Shown here one piece after another: positions 28,626-42,597 of a stretch of 64,000 nucleotides of DNA (position 1 is the stretch's first letter; each line of letters opens with the position of its first letter). This DNA comes from Octopus vulgaris. Lineage: Eukaryota. A program made the position numbers and the translations under genes. Location: positions 198,214,001 through 198,278,000 of the forward strand of contig OX597815.1 of NCBI GenBank assembly GCA_951406725.2. Reading direction: 5' to 3'. The notes under the pieces were generated by a model. The model saw only the letters and a list, made by a program, of their open reading frames with translations, made no database searches and was not told the DNA's origin.

Positions 28626-28873
28626 GCGTCCTTTTCAAGCCGAGCCAGGTTCATGGTCCCGGTTTCCCGGTTTCTATCGCGTATGTGTTCCCTGCAGCTG
28701 GACGGGACGCTAATCCATCGCATCGTTATTCAAGAAAAAGAAAGTGTGAGAGAAAGTTCAGGCGAAAGAGTACAACAGGAATCGCCACCAACTCCTGCCC
28801 GGTCTGGGAATCGAAACCGTGATCCTCCGACCGCGAGTCCGCTGCCCTAACCACTGGGCCATTGCGCCTTCAC
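28626..28873 (-). mobile_element. tRNA-derived SINE family E
   Basis: Minus head GAAGGCGCAATGGCCCAGTGG (A box), GGTTTCGATTCC (B box); homologous to 43440-43750. Confidence 0.9.
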
Positions 28874-29313
28874 ACACACATATTTCTCTAAGTTCGATGG
28901 TTCGTGAGTTTGTCGTGAGTATATATGTAATATATCAGCATGTATACAAAATGACATTAATCAATGGATTCATAGATAACAACGCTCTTAATATTTTGCT
29001 CCGCTTCCTCTTTTGAAATGCATGGATACTTCTACTTACGTTTGTAATTTTTACTTTCATATCTTATTCACTAATTTGTATTTGTACTAAATTGTGTACT
29101 GCAGAGCAGATAGAAGCAATTAATAATTAACAAGTTCTGATCTCGATTAGATTATAATTGCGTCATTTTAACATAATTTCATGTATTTTGTTAGTAACAT
29201 TAACTTCATGAATATAACAATTTCCTATAAAACATGTGTTACCATACAATTTATTTGCTCATACAAACACAGAGACGCACACAATATTCTATCTATGTAT
29301 CTGATTATTTTCT

Positions 29314-29353
<40 letters not shown>

Positions 29354-29459
29354 ATATAAACATTGTCTCACTTTGGATGTTTGGTTGAGAATAATACCTT
29401 CGTGAAATATGTGTCCGTGTTTGTGCATGTATATATATATATCTATGTAGGTGTGCACA

Positions 29460-29644
<185 letters not shown>

Positions 29645-30524
29645 TATATGTGAGCGTGTGTGTTTATTTGTGTGTATCTCTGTGTCAGTGTGTCCGTGTG
29701 TAAGAACAGAATTTAAAATTATTCTGGAAGTTTCTGGAAGTTTTTTAACACAATATATTGATGATCTCGAGGTCAGATCAGTGTATCATTAATCAGTAAT
29801 CTTACCTTATATTGTGGAAAATCTTTGATATTTTAATGGATTCTGTTTAATAAAAGAAACAGAATAAATAAATATTAATTGGGAATAAGTTCCGGTTCAT
29901 GTAACGTCTGCTCAAATGTTTCATCTTTTATCATTTGTCTTGTCTGTCTCAGTTGATTTTCTTTACGGAATAAAAAAAGACAAAAAAAAAACACCAAAAC
30001 AAAATTAGTCATTTTGCTTCTATTTGTTTCTTTTGTCATTGAATCTCATTTTTCTTATTTTATTCAAAAATTTTTTTTAAAAATCTATCTGACGTATCTT
30101 AGACAACTATTGAAATTACAATGTGGCTTGCATAATCCGAAAATTATTTGAAATGTTAAAGCCAAAGAATAATAATTCGCTTCGCTTTCGTGTTAGCAAT
30201 CTTATATATATATTAGTAAAACAAAAAAATGCCTAAAGATATGTCTGGCAGTGTGGATTCTACATCATTCAGTTTCCGAGTTCTAATGCTTAAGTTGATG
30301 TTAAGATAAATAATTATGTCTATTCCCTACTATATTTTGATTCTTTGATCTTGCAGTTATTTGTTTCGAGGGAATGTTTCGGAATTTTGATGTACATAGC
30401 AAAAAGAATTACCCGTTACTCTATTGATTGTTGCAGTCCTCTGGTAATTTGCAATGATTATGCTTCCACAACGTACCCCTAAATCTTCAAGTGTGTAACT
30501 AGTAACTATGCTGTTTCTGTTACG

Positions 30525-30604
<80 letters not shown>

Positions 30605-31000
30605 TCTTTCTCCTATAGGAACAGGATTTAGAACTTGGGAGAAAGTTATAACGACACAAGTACTTGAATGTTACTTACATGACAACAATAAGAAGATATA
30701 GAATAAACCAAAGAGAAGAAGAAGAAGAAAGAGGAGGAGGGGAGGAGGAGGAGGAGACGATGCTCTTGATTCCGAGAATTTGGATTTACGGAGACGATAT
30801 TTACATATCGCCTGAGGAAGCGCATCTAGATCTAATAACGCAGGGAAAATGTTCTATAACTAAATACCTGCAAGCCTGGAGAACTACGTTGCGTAGAAAA
30901 AGTTGTTATAGTGATTGCAAATAAATGTCCAACCGTACTCCTTCCTGTTGACTCCAATCCATTATTATTATTATTGACACAGACACAAAGACACACAGAC

Positions 31001-31090
<90 letters not shown>

Positions 31091-31249
31091 GAAATATGTT
31101 ACAAAAAGAAAATATAAAATACACGTAGAAATGTAAGGGTAAAATATGAAAAATCAACGAAAATGCACATTGCAAATAAAAGAAAAGGCTATTTATGATA
31201 GCTAACGACAAATATATACATTTAGATGGACTGAGGTAGTAATAAGAGT

Positions 31250-31680
31250 GATAAACTTCATTACTGTGAGATGATTATAAGTGGATAATAATAAAGTAAG
31301 AGAACAAAGCGAACCATGGTTTTGGCAAGAAGTTATTCATCGCTTTGAAAACACCGGCTAACACACGGTGTGAGGTCTAATAGTTCCTGAGGAAAAGGGT
31401 TATTTGTAATAATCATAATAAGTAGTTCTGGACTATTTGTAAAGGAGGTAAGTAGTGCTGGATTTAGAGATGTGAGTGGTGTAGGAAGTTTATAGGGGTT
31501 AGTGGTTTCAATTGAAGAGTTAGTGCTGTTCTGTATTGAGTTGTGTGTTCATATTTAGTTGGGGGCGAAATTTATTGCTGAAAAATGCCTCTTTATTCAA
31601 CCTCTGTTGACTAGATATGAGAGGGGATGGTCCTATTAAAATAAAATCGCATGTGGCAAGTGAGTTATCAGCCGTATAGG
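31250..31680 (-). mobile_element. Penelope-like element 3' remnant
   Basis: Minus strand QRLNKEAFFSNKFRPQLN matches the PLE C-terminal R..KE..FI..F.P.LN motif; abuts (TA)n. Confidence 0.65.
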
Positions 31681-31699
31681 TAGATTAATAAGATATATA

Positions 31700-31739
<40 letters not shown>

Positions 31740-31845
31740 TATACATACACACACACACACACACATATATATGCATTTATGTATATATGTATGTATCTAT
31801 CTATATGTAAAAATGTGTATATATATGTAAATATAAATATGTACG

Positions 31846-31891
<46 letters not shown>

Positions 31892-31900
<9 letters not shown>

Positions 31901-32137
31901 AAGAAAAATAAGTTGGCTAGCAGCGAGCTGTTTCGCCTCATACCGAAGGAATTAGAAATGGCAGTCAAAGACCGTTTTTTCCATTTCTATAAGTGGAGAT
32001 TCCAAAAACGAAGGCCCTTCGTTTTTGGAATCTCCACTTATAGAAATGGAAAAAACGGTCTTTGACTGCCATTTCTAATTCCTTCGGTATGAGGCGAAAC
32101 AGCTCGCTGCTAGCCAACTTATTTTCTTTACTATATA
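31892..32137. repeat. Near-perfect palindrome, ~122-bp arms with a 1-nt spacer
   Basis: Centre CGAAGG-C-CCTTCG at 32015; arms differ only by one base in an A/T run. Confidence 0.97.
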
Positions 32138-32264
32138 CTGAACCTTACAAAGGTCTTGACAATTTTTTTGTCGTATTTACATACCGAAATTTACCGGTAA
32201 ATAATTGTTGGTTACATGAAAAACCACAGGAAAATTATTTACCATTATTATATATATATATATA

Positions 32265-32400
<136 letters not shown>

Positions 32401-33199
32401 TATAGATAGAGACAACTACATAACATTCAAATGAATGCAATCTGAAGTGCATCATTTGTAATTTCGGGATTTCTGTCAAACATGATATCTAATCATGAAG
32501 ATGAATATAGATTGGGCTTTAATACAGGATACGACTAATTATATGATGATAGATATCTCTTCCTGTATATATTATCCGAATCTAGCTTTATTAACCAGTT
32601 AGAAATATGGACACGTACAAGTTTTCCTCGAAGAAAGAAGAAAAATCTTTCTAAATTTTATTAGAAATTATTTTGCAGTCATTCAATGGATCTATATTGA
32701 TATAATCTCCACTTATAATGGCATTTGTTTGTAACTGGTGTATGGTTAAAAAAAAAACACAGACGAACTAACACTCGACCTGATATGTTAATAAATAAAT
32801 AAAAATACATTTCACAAGCAGTTCTGAGATTATGCAACCATGTTAATAACACACTCATACATATACAGACGAAATATTTTTATACACATACTTGTAGATC
32901 TTTATGAAAATATGCAGATATACTTATGCTTGTGAAATCACTCTTCAAATAAATATGCATGCATACATTAATGTATATACGCATATAAATGTATGCTTGT
33001 ATGTGTATGTTTGTATGTGTTTGCGCATACCTGTGAATATATATTCGATTAATGCAGCTGTCTTCCCCTGTAATATCATAGGTCTTGCAATATATTATTC
33101 TCACTTCTAAAGATTTTTCTTTCTGAATCATACGAATAGATTATCTAAATAACTCTTGCGTTTTTGCATGATATCCGTTACCAATTCCATACAAAGGAC

Positions 33200-33400
33200 T
33201 ATAGTTTCCAATTATCAAAGTAATGCTTGTACTTATGATTAATTCGATATTGCGTATCATGTTATTCGATACAAAAATCCACAAGTTATGAAATATTTGA
33301 TCATCAGTACATTCAACCTGAACTGGTTTATTTCTGATCCATCAACGTATGGAAGAATACACCGGCCGAATAACTAATGAGATAAAATGATTAATCATAA
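33200..33400 (-). mobile_element. Possible RTE-type reverse transcriptase remnant
   Basis: Minus strand ILPYVDG..NQFRLN/TDDQIF resembles Q.GFR..RST.DQIF. Confidence 0.35.
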
Positions 33401-34558
33401 ATCCAAGCTTTTATTCCGAACCCAGATCTATAAGTATTCAGACTAGTAAGAATCATGAAGCTTACCATATGCTTTCATGAACATTGAAACCTGGTTATCT
33501 TTTCGCTCTCTGTGTTATTTCAAAGAGAATATACTAACTACTTAAGTAGACATGCTGTTGCAGCTTTTCAACACTTTCTTCTGTTACATGAATCATACCC
33601 TATTATATTTATAAAATTGAACCTACATAAATAGCGACATTTCATAAGAGTTGCTATAATGTATTTAATATGGTTCGTTCCTGTTCTAAGTCAATGGCTT
33701 TCCCCGTTCTGGAAGTGGTAAAATAAGTCCTTCGAACATAGACAAATTCCACTCACCGCATATAAAATTTCCCTTTCTACCAATAATTAAGGAGACTTTT
33801 TCTCGGAGCGAAAAGGAATGAAGAACCAAATCTTAAATTAGATTTAAACTTTTATTTTTTGTCCGCATATGAATAATCCATTTAACTAATACATAAATTC
33901 GACACAAAATTTTCGGTTCGGCATGATAATGCTAAGGAGTTTATACATTATCAGATAAGTTATAAGATTTTGACTTCGAGCCAAATATAATTATTTATTA
34001 TTAGATGAATGTACATAAAATAGATTTAATTTATAATTGTTTATATAAAAACATTCCACTACTTTTATCTGTACACACCAGATACACGCACACACGCGCT
34101 TACTCACACACAGATACACACAAAATACATAAACAAACAGTTGTCATTAATGGGTACTGATAGAAACACCTACGCTCAAACTCAGACACCCAGACACACC
34201 TTACTGTACTTGTTATGTCGTGTTTCCAGTGTTCTATTTAGATAACCTTATCTATAAAACGGAATCAAAATTAATGTCGTCAATATGAACTTAATGAAAC
34301 TTTTCTGAGTTCAAGTTTGAAATTAATGAAACAATATCATTATCATCTAAAAATTTATGCTTGACGATTGTAAAAAAGACAGATTACGATACGTGCATTG
34401 CTACGGGCCTCGCTTGTATATACAAATTTATTTAAATTATTCTACCATAGCTCAGATATTTAAACAAATTTTTCAAACTTTGAAATTCTTTTTTTAAATT
34501 ATACATAAATATCGTCTGATAACGTGTTTCGATCCACGGGAATATCAATATAATATAA

Positions 34559-35569
34559 GCTTACAACAATTCTGCCTGTCGTTGCGTTATTTAGCCCGTC
34601 AGTAGCGGATTCACGGGCTTAGGAAAAAGAGGGAGAAAGAAAAGAAGGAGAGTAAAAACGAGGGCTGGAGAACAAGAGAGAGATTTGTCCATGACGTGGG
34701 GTGGAAATAATGTAATTGTAACGCTTTCACGTGATTAGCTGAAGGGAAAGGGAGGGAAAAGAAAAACGGAGGGAGGAAAAGAAGGTAAGAATGAGAGAGA
34801 AAGAGGGAAAAAGAAATACAGGAAGAAAGAAAAAGAGGGAAAGTGAAGCATCTATGACGTGAGTTAGGTGGAATGTAACATTTATTATGTTCTTAAAAAA
34901 TTAGTCGAAGGTAGAAGGGGAGAGTGAAAAATATAATTTTAGCAGAAGGGTGATGCTCTGATGAAGTTAAAGAAATGCAGAGAGAGAGGGAGGGAGAGTG
35001 AGAGAGAGATGAAAGAGAGAGGAGGAGAAAAGAGAGTGAGAGAGATAATGGGGTTGATGGTGGTGATGGAGGTGGTGCTGGTGGTGATTCGATACCGAAA
35101 AGTGTTTTGATTTTTGAAATTGAAATATTTTTATATCACCTATCACATAACGCATGCATTTAAGTGCAATTCCGTGAAATATTCAGGCTAATTTACATGG
35201 CAGATATATGCAATTTAACTAAAGGTTATATCATATGTACGAGATATGTTATTCTGTTTTAGGGAATAACAGAACAATAAGAGTGAATATATAATTTATG
35301 AGTGCTGTGTATTAAGTCTATAAAATTGTGCATAAAGTATATATGGTATATATATAAAGTGCATTAAGTAATCATCGTATTCCATTTTCTTTGACTTTCA
35401 GTAATCATTGTATCCCAATTCATTTCACTTTTCTATGAGTTCGAGATGAGCGGCTGTCTTTCCGTACAGACACAACGCAGCCTACAGTTTCAGGTTTTGT
35501 GGATACATTTTAGGAAATAACCCCAACAAATTACCATTAACTCCGTGAAATTTTCACGGGTCCTGTTAG
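34559..35569 (+). mobile_element. Non-autonomous Helitron-like element, copy 1
   Basis: 3' hairpin CCGTGAAA-T-TTTCACGG followed by TTAG|T; homologous in reverse complement to 53585-54539. Confidence 0.82.
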
Positions 35570-35989
35570 TGTAATATAATATATTACAATATAATCTAAT
35601 AATATTGTACAGCGGGGAAAACAGATTGAGCGAGTGCTAGAAAAAATGTAGTTTCACTTTAAATTACATGGAATTGTTTTCTACTCTAAATAATTCTATT
35701 TTACTTAATTACACAACCATAACACAAGTCCACTACAGTAATTGCTGTCTATATTACATTGTTTAATTAATGTATTACTTAGCCCCATATGAATAATTTG
35801 ATTTACCAATATATTAGAAAATGCAACATCAATGCAATGTAAGATTTAATTATATGTAATGGCAAAGGAAATACTTGTAATATGTCCTATAAACCGACTA
35901 TATTGCCCATAAAAGTCGCCTCAAAAAATTGTAAAACAATGAAAATATTTAGAAAGAAATATATAACTTGGTAATTCATGACTGAAAAT

Positions 35990-36204
35990 ATTCTTTTCTA
36001 CTCTAGGCACAAGGCCCGGAATTTTGGGGGAAGGGGGCCAGTCGTTTAGATCGACCCCAGTACGCATCTGGTGCTTAATTTATCGACCCTGAAAATATAA
36101 AGGGCGAAGTCGGCCCCGGCAGAATTTGAACTCAGAACATAAATACAGACGAAACACGGCTAAGCATTTCGCCCGGCGTGCTAACGTTTCTGCCAGCTCG
36201 CTGC
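35990..36204 (-). mobile_element. SINE family C head with an alternative tail
   Basis: Family C head and body; tail CCCCCAAAATTCCGGGCCTTGTGCCTAGAGTAGAAAAGAAT; diverged TSD TTCATGACTGAAAAT / TCCACGACTGGAAAT. Confidence 0.88.
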
Positions 36205-36716
36205 TTCCACGACTGGAAATTTTATCATTGTAGAAACTTATTTAGACGTGTATCATCTTATCAAAATAAATGGACACTGAATGTAATATTTGATAAAGTG
36301 TATGAAGAAAACCATTCGACTGCATTTTGTCTCTTTCTTATTTCCCTCCTTTATGTCTTTATGTATTTTTTTTCATTATTCTCTTATTCATTTACGAGTG
36401 TTGTAGGCCACGAATTCCTGTTACACATGCGAAATCATTCATGACACTACATTTGCTGCTTCATTCATGAATATTAATATATATTTAAATCTGTAACTAG
36501 ATGACATCTGGAATGCCTCAGTCTTTTAACTCAATATGGTGCAGTCACGACTTGTAATGTTTCTGCTTTATAATTTTGTACTGAAAAGGATTAGCCATTT
36601 CTCTGTACTAAAACTATTGTGGAGGTGTATATTGTACTTTCAAGCAGTTGATTCACTGACAATTTATGTATATATACATTATATACACACATACGTACAT
36701 ACATACACACTCACAC

Positions 36717-36749
<33 letters not shown>

Positions 36750-36794
36750 CATGCATACATATATTTGTATGTATGTATAAATCATTAAATCATT

Positions 36795-36925
36795 AAAAAT
36801 GTTTTAGCCCGAAGGCCGCGGCCATGCTGGGGCACCACCGCTGAATGAGCTACACTAATTTGTGAATCCACCTCTGATACGTGGCACTTGATCAACAAGG
36901 GAGTTCGATGCTGCTGCCCGCATCT
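36795..36925 (-). mobile_element. Retroposon 3' end with the shared GGTGGTGCCCCAGCATGGCC tail
   Basis: Minus strand GGTGGTGCCCCAGCATGGCCGCGGCCTTCGGGCTAAAAC. Confidence 0.7.
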
Positions 36926-36929
36926 GCTT

Positions 36930-37830
36930 TTATGTGCTACTAATAAAATTCATGTTTGGAGGACAGGCGAGACAGCATTTTCACAGGCCTGGTATCGTAG
37001 CCCAATTATCAGGTGCTGCTCAGAAGGCATAACCAACTAAAAATAGGACGATAGTCTTAAAGAAAAGGAGAGAAAATAGTAGATATAAAAGATGGAATGT
37101 TGAAAAACGAGAAAATGAGAAAGAAAACAGAAAGAAGCAAAAGAGGGGAGTTAGAATTATTTTACAGTTCGTCAAAAGGAAATTCGCCATATGCTTACAA
37201 CCGCTGAAAATGTCGGATCTAGAATTCAGCTGTTTGTTAGATAAAAACAAATAAGTTATGCATAGCTGAATGACCTCAGATCCTTTTCTGATCTAAGAAT
37301 TCTAATACTCTGCTAAATTCTAGAATGGAAAACTTGTATTCGAAACCTCATACTTGAGTATAGGTTCAGGTAGTTGAATATTGCCCAAGCACGTTTGTAT
37401 TGCATAAATATATTTTCATTATGTATAAACCTTAGAAGCCCGAAGCCTTCAACATTACCTTTCCACATATCAGCTTGGCTTATCCATTCCTCTAAAACTG
37501 CTCGGCTTCTCCCAGAATTTGAAACCCTTGTTACATACATTTTACTAAACCTACTTTTATATGTCTCTAATTTCATTTAACATAAATTCAAACATTTCCT
37601 ATTAAATTTGAAATTTCCCCCTCTATTTCCATAGGAAATTTTAGTATTCATTTGCTGTCCAAAATCTAGTAAATATTCAAAAGCAATTTTATAACATTTT
37701 TCTGTTCAGCAATCGACATCATATGCATTTACATCATGATATTCATTATATTCTAAATTTTTATTTTCCTTTTAATCACGTTTATACATGTTTACATTAA
37801 ACTTTTTTTATGGCTAGTCTTGGTATGAAC
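36930..37830 (-). mobile_element. Decayed Penelope-like element
   Basis: Minus strand MNTKISY and QLNSRSDIFSGCKHMANFLL (PLE LN.RSE..S.CRH motif); downstream CCTGATAA...GAAA. Confidence 0.7.
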
Positions 37831-38054
37831 CTATTGTATGTATATATGTATATGTGCGCGTGTGGGTGTATGTGTATGTATAACGGGTGTGTATACATGC
37901 ATACTTACGTATACACAATCATATCTGTGTGTATAAGTAGTTTTCGTGTGTGATTGTCTTTGTATAACAATACACAGGTATGTCGCCTTGTTAATGGCAA
38001 ATAATTATAGAATACTATTATATATATATGTGTATGTCTAAAACATATACAGAG

Positions 38055-38118
<64 letters not shown>

Positions 38119-38994
38119 AAATATATATGTATAAATATGTATGAATTTGTATATATATACATATATGTATAAATATGTATATATTTGTATATATATATAT
38201 ATATATACACATAAATATATCTACATAAATACACACATATATATATGTGTGTGTGTGTTTCTATAGTATTATGGCGTATGTAATAGACTGTTTCCTTGTT
38301 TAAGGAAAGAAATGAAATTATTTGAACTTCATTTATGGTAACGTGCTCTAAATTTTTAATGTGATACCAATAGAACTTTATATAAAATTTGCAATATTAT
38401 ATGACGAATGTAGCATTTTAACTTTTTTCATATAAACGACATTTGCTGTTTCGGTAATTTTTCATTTTATTGAAAAGTATTTATGGTAAAGCAGTGAGTA
38501 CCTCCCTTGGTTACCCATATTTCTTTCAATAGTTTCCATTGTTAGTATGGTATATGAATACATGACGATTAGGCGGGGAGAGGAGCACGTATGAAAGTTG
38601 GCTCAAATATTTTGACATATGAATGCTTGCCTCTTGGCCGTTGTTTGAATGTCTGGGGGGGGGGCATATCTTTAGTTTCAGTGTGGTGACTGTGAAGCAT
38701 TTTTATCCAGACAATTTACGTGTATCATAATACTTGCTCTGACTGAGTATTTAAAATAAGCACTAACATTTCTAGAGCAAGAAACCTACACAATCTAGCC
38801 ATAGGAGGTTACGTTATATGGGTATCAAAGCAGATGACTTTCATCTTACTAAGGATACCCTGGAATATGAACAGTGTACACATTGTGTGTAAGCTTGAAA
38901 CTGATGCACTGCCATTGAAGAACGTAGTCATGGCAGCGGTGATCTTTTTGATCTTAGGTCAGTGGCTCCCTTAATTATCATCCTGTTTAATTAC

Positions 38995-39089
38995 TAATTG
39001 TTGTTGACAGTTCCTAATTGTTATTGACAATTCATAATTGTTGTTGACAGTTCCCAATTGTTGTTGACAATTCTTAATTGTTGTTGACA
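38995..39089. repeat. 20-bp minisatellite, ~5 units (TAATTGTTGTTGACAGTTCC)
   Basis: Head-to-tail units without unique spacers. Confidence 0.9.
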
Positions 39090-39321
39090 CGGGTATTTGT
39101 GTGGATGTATATAATATCCTTAAAATTCTTTAGCCTCTAGAGTGCGGGTATGGTTCTCGGTAACTTGACTCCACGTAATTTTATTCCCGCTATTTTGACT
39201 CCCGTAAATTGACTGCCAATCAAATATCACTCCTGGTAATTTCACTCCCGATATTAGAAGAAAAAATAAAGAAATCGTTGAAATTCATTATTATTGTTGC
39301 TGTTGTTGTTGATAATGATGG

Positions 39322-39376
<55 letters not shown>

Positions 39377-39681
39377 ATCTTTTCAGTTATCCATTCAGAT
39401 GCTTCATTTGAAGATTTTACAGGTTTACTCGTGATCCATCCTTGCTTCATTCGCTATTGTTCTGGAAGGATTCTGACCAACCCCATGTTATTAAAAGTGG
39501 ACTGTTAGATTTGCAATAGAGAGCTGTGGAGGTATCAGGAATTGATTGGTAAGCACTTCACTGTGGACCGTGTAACCTCATGTAACAGTAAGCCTTGTGC
39601 ATTCGTGTAAATACTTCGTTAAGTTATTTATCCAACTCAAAAGGATACAAAAGATACTTAAAAAGGAAATATACATAAACC

Positions 39682-40250
39682 ATGACTGACGTCTTTCACA
39701 ATATCCGCGGAAGGAAGAAACTTGTGGTTGATATGAATTACATATATGAAGCACAGAATCAAAATGACGATTGATCTAAGAAATTCTTGAAATGCGAAAT
39801 TAAGTCTTGGCAACTTGAGTCCCCACCATGAAACACAATGAAGGTTATACCATAATTAATCATATTAGTGAACATCATCATACTTCGTGTGCTTCGAAAC
39901 CGAAAGTTAACAAAACTTTAGCGGATCTAAAAACAAAAGCAGTTGCTTCGCAGGAAATTTCTCGTTTATTAATTGCGACTGCTTGTGAAAAGCTTGATGA
40001 AAAAATTACTCGCATGTCCTCAATCTTCGTATGTATGTCGCAATATAAGGAACTAGCGAGATGCAATATTAAGTACCCCTCCAATCCCTCAGAATCGATT
40101 TGGTTATGAGATATCTGATCAATACGTTCATTGATAATGGTGGAATTATCAATGCAGTTTGATAGTGGTGAATCTAATGTAGACAGATTATTTGTGTTTG
40201 CAACTGATAAAGGGCTTGCTGACTTAGTGAATATAAAACACTGGGCGTGT
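39682..40250 (+). pseudogene. MULE (Mutator-like) transposase remnant with FLYWCH-like N-terminus
   Basis: MTDVFHNIRGRKKLVVDMNYIY...KFLKC...ISEHHH, then QFDSGESNVDRLFVFATDKGLADLVNIKHWAC; stops and frameshifts. Confidence 0.8.
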
Positions 40251-40264
40251 GAATATAAAACACT

Positions 40265-40900
40265 ATACATGCAACATACCAGGCCATATTTCCATTACCT
40301 CAAGGCGATATTCCCTAAAATAAGCGATACCAAGATTAAAGAGGGCATATTCATAGCCCCACATATTCGTCAACATAGCTGATGAGGACTTTGAGGCGAC
40401 AATAGATGTAACTGAGGTAGCGGCTTGGCATGTGTTCAAAGATGTCACTGAATATATACTTTCTCATCTGTCCTTCCCAGTGAATGCAGGAGATATGAAT
40501 GATGAACATGGAGAGAGGTTCCATCAAGATATAGCGTCCATGGAAATCCGTTATAAGAGAAAATGGAGGCAAGCTATGTTGGCTAGTTTCTGCTGGAGCC
40601 TCAAGCGTGACACAGCTGAAACGTCTGATAAACGAAGAAGTAACAACTAAATCGTAGGTTAATACATTATATAATGCCAACAAGCATGCCGATTCATTAT
40701 ATATTTATGAATTAATTACAATGGACATATTTAATCTGGCTTTGAGAGTAGAATAAATTTATGGTATCGTGGAAATTGGTATAAATTACATAGTTATTAA
40801 GTCGGCAAATTACAAGAAAATGTAACGTGATGGGAAATGTTTGTTATAAAATTCGAATTTAGCAAAATCAACTTCAAACTAAAATGTACGTGAAAGCTAA
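40265..40900 (+). mobile_element. Chapaev3 (CMC superfamily)-like transposase C-terminal remnant and subterminal region
   Basis: FPKISDTKIKEGIFIAPHIR and DEHGERFHQDIASMEIRYKRKWRQAMLASFCWSLKRD motifs. Confidence 0.82.
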
Positions 40901-41018
40901 GTCTTTTTTCCACTTAGCCCTAGAATTGGTTGTACATATTTATTTAAGAACTTCATTAGCTTGCAGCTGGTATATATGTGTTCCATTATGAGATAGTAGC
41001 AATGCTAATGTTAATGTG

Positions 41019-41069
<51 letters not shown>

Positions 41070-41073
<4 letters not shown>

Positions 41074-41370
41074 CCTCATCAAGGACTGTGCCTTCTTGGA
41101 AGTACCGATCAAGATCCATATCTTCAGGGAAAGGACGAGGTGTGAGCATTGTTCTCCTGCCTAAATTCTTACTCTTTATTCTTCTAATTTATTCCTTGTA
41201 AATTTAATTTTTTCCCATTCTAATGTATTTATACCTTGTCTCTGATGACGCACTGCCCAGTGAGTAGATATGCTGTCCTACCGCTTGGTAAATATCAAAT
41301 CATTCTAAAATACCTGAGATACTTGCTCTGTCTTGATTTTAATTCTTTTTTTCTCTGATATAATATAATA
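41070..41370 (+). mobile_element. Penelope-terminus-like fragment adjacent to (TA)n
   Basis: CTGATGA-CGCACTG-CC-CAGTG hammerhead-like half at ~41242-41263; the GAAA half is degenerate. Confidence 0.4.
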
Positions 41371-41444
41371 TATATTTCCATATCTTTATATTCCAATACA
41401 TCTCAAACTTTCCATAAAACGTAATTTCACACGCACACACACAC

Positions 41445-41494
<50 letters not shown>

Positions 41495-41714
41495 GTATAC
41501 ATACATGCATACATATAAGTATATGTATATATGTAGGTATTTATATTTACAAATGTGTACCTATATTTTAAGGCAGTTATGTTTCTTTCTGTCACCTTCA
41601 TCAGACACTGCACTGCATATTTAGTAGTAGACTTGAAAAAGACATGTCCATATATGTATGAGCACGTAAATCTGATACAATTAAAAAATAATTGTTTCAT
41701 ACACAAATACACAC

Positions 41715-41769
<55 letters not shown>

Positions 41770-41796
41770 TGTCTATCTATCTATCTGTCTAACTAC

Positions 41797-41827
<31 letters not shown>

Positions 41828-41851
41828 CCTATATATATATATGTATATATA

Positions 41852-42026
41852 GTGAAGGCGCGTTGCTTAGTGTTTTGGGCATTCCGCTCACTGTCATAAG
41901 GCCATGTGTTCAAATACTGGCGACGCAGTTGTGAGCAAACCAATTTATTTCACTTTGCTCCAGTTCAGTCAGCTGGCAAAATTGAGTAGTACCTGTATTT
42001 CAAAGGGTCAATCTTGTCACACTCTG
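41852..42026 (+). mobile_element. SINE family D, 5' part
   Basis: tRNA-like head (TTGCTTAGTG, GTTCAAAT), TTTCACTTTGCTCCAGTTCAGTCAGCTGGCAAAA, then GTACCTGTATTTCAAAGGG as in the 60244-60592 copy. Confidence 0.8.
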
Positions 42027-42027
42027 A

Positions 42028-42094
<67 letters not shown>

Positions 42095-42099
<5 letters not shown>

Positions 42100-42597
42100 T
42101 TGATTTGATATTAAGTACGGTAGGAAAGTAACCTCGTGTTTTAACAATTTTTCAAGTCAATCACATGGATAAAGGTGTTTGTCTCCCTTTTGGAAAACAG
42201 GGACTCCTTTAGCTTGCGGACATTCTCGTGAAGTTGCGTGAATAGAACAATGAATAGGCAAATCCAGAGACATTACTCTTGGGTGTATGGATTTAGCAAT
42301 AATTTTCCTTTCTATGAGTGGGTTGCTTATTCTACCTTCTTTTAATGTCCATTTCATATTTGACAGGGATGTTGCATGTCTTTTATTTTTATCGCTGAAA
42401 GGCGCAAGATTTTGTGTATATCTTTCCTTGATCGATCTGTCTGTCATTCCGATATACGTCTTTGCTATTGCGTTTGGTGTCCATCATATTAGTCCTTGTA
42501 TACGTGTCCTTTCTCGAGACATTTGTTGTTTAGAGGGCAGTGGTGTGGGGATCTACAGCTGCATTGTGTTTCTGGTGTGATATTGTAATTGAGTATT
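42095..42597 (-). mobile_element. Penelope-like element: GIY-YIG remnant plus 3' region
   Basis: QCSCRSPHHCPLNNKCLEKGHVYK...TYIGMTDRSIKERY...ATSLSNMKWTLKE. Confidence 0.88.

Noticed and set aside
38995-39089. Regularly spaced 20-bp repeats resembling a CRISPR array
   Set aside because: No unique spacers, no cas genes, eukaryotic context; it is a minisatellite
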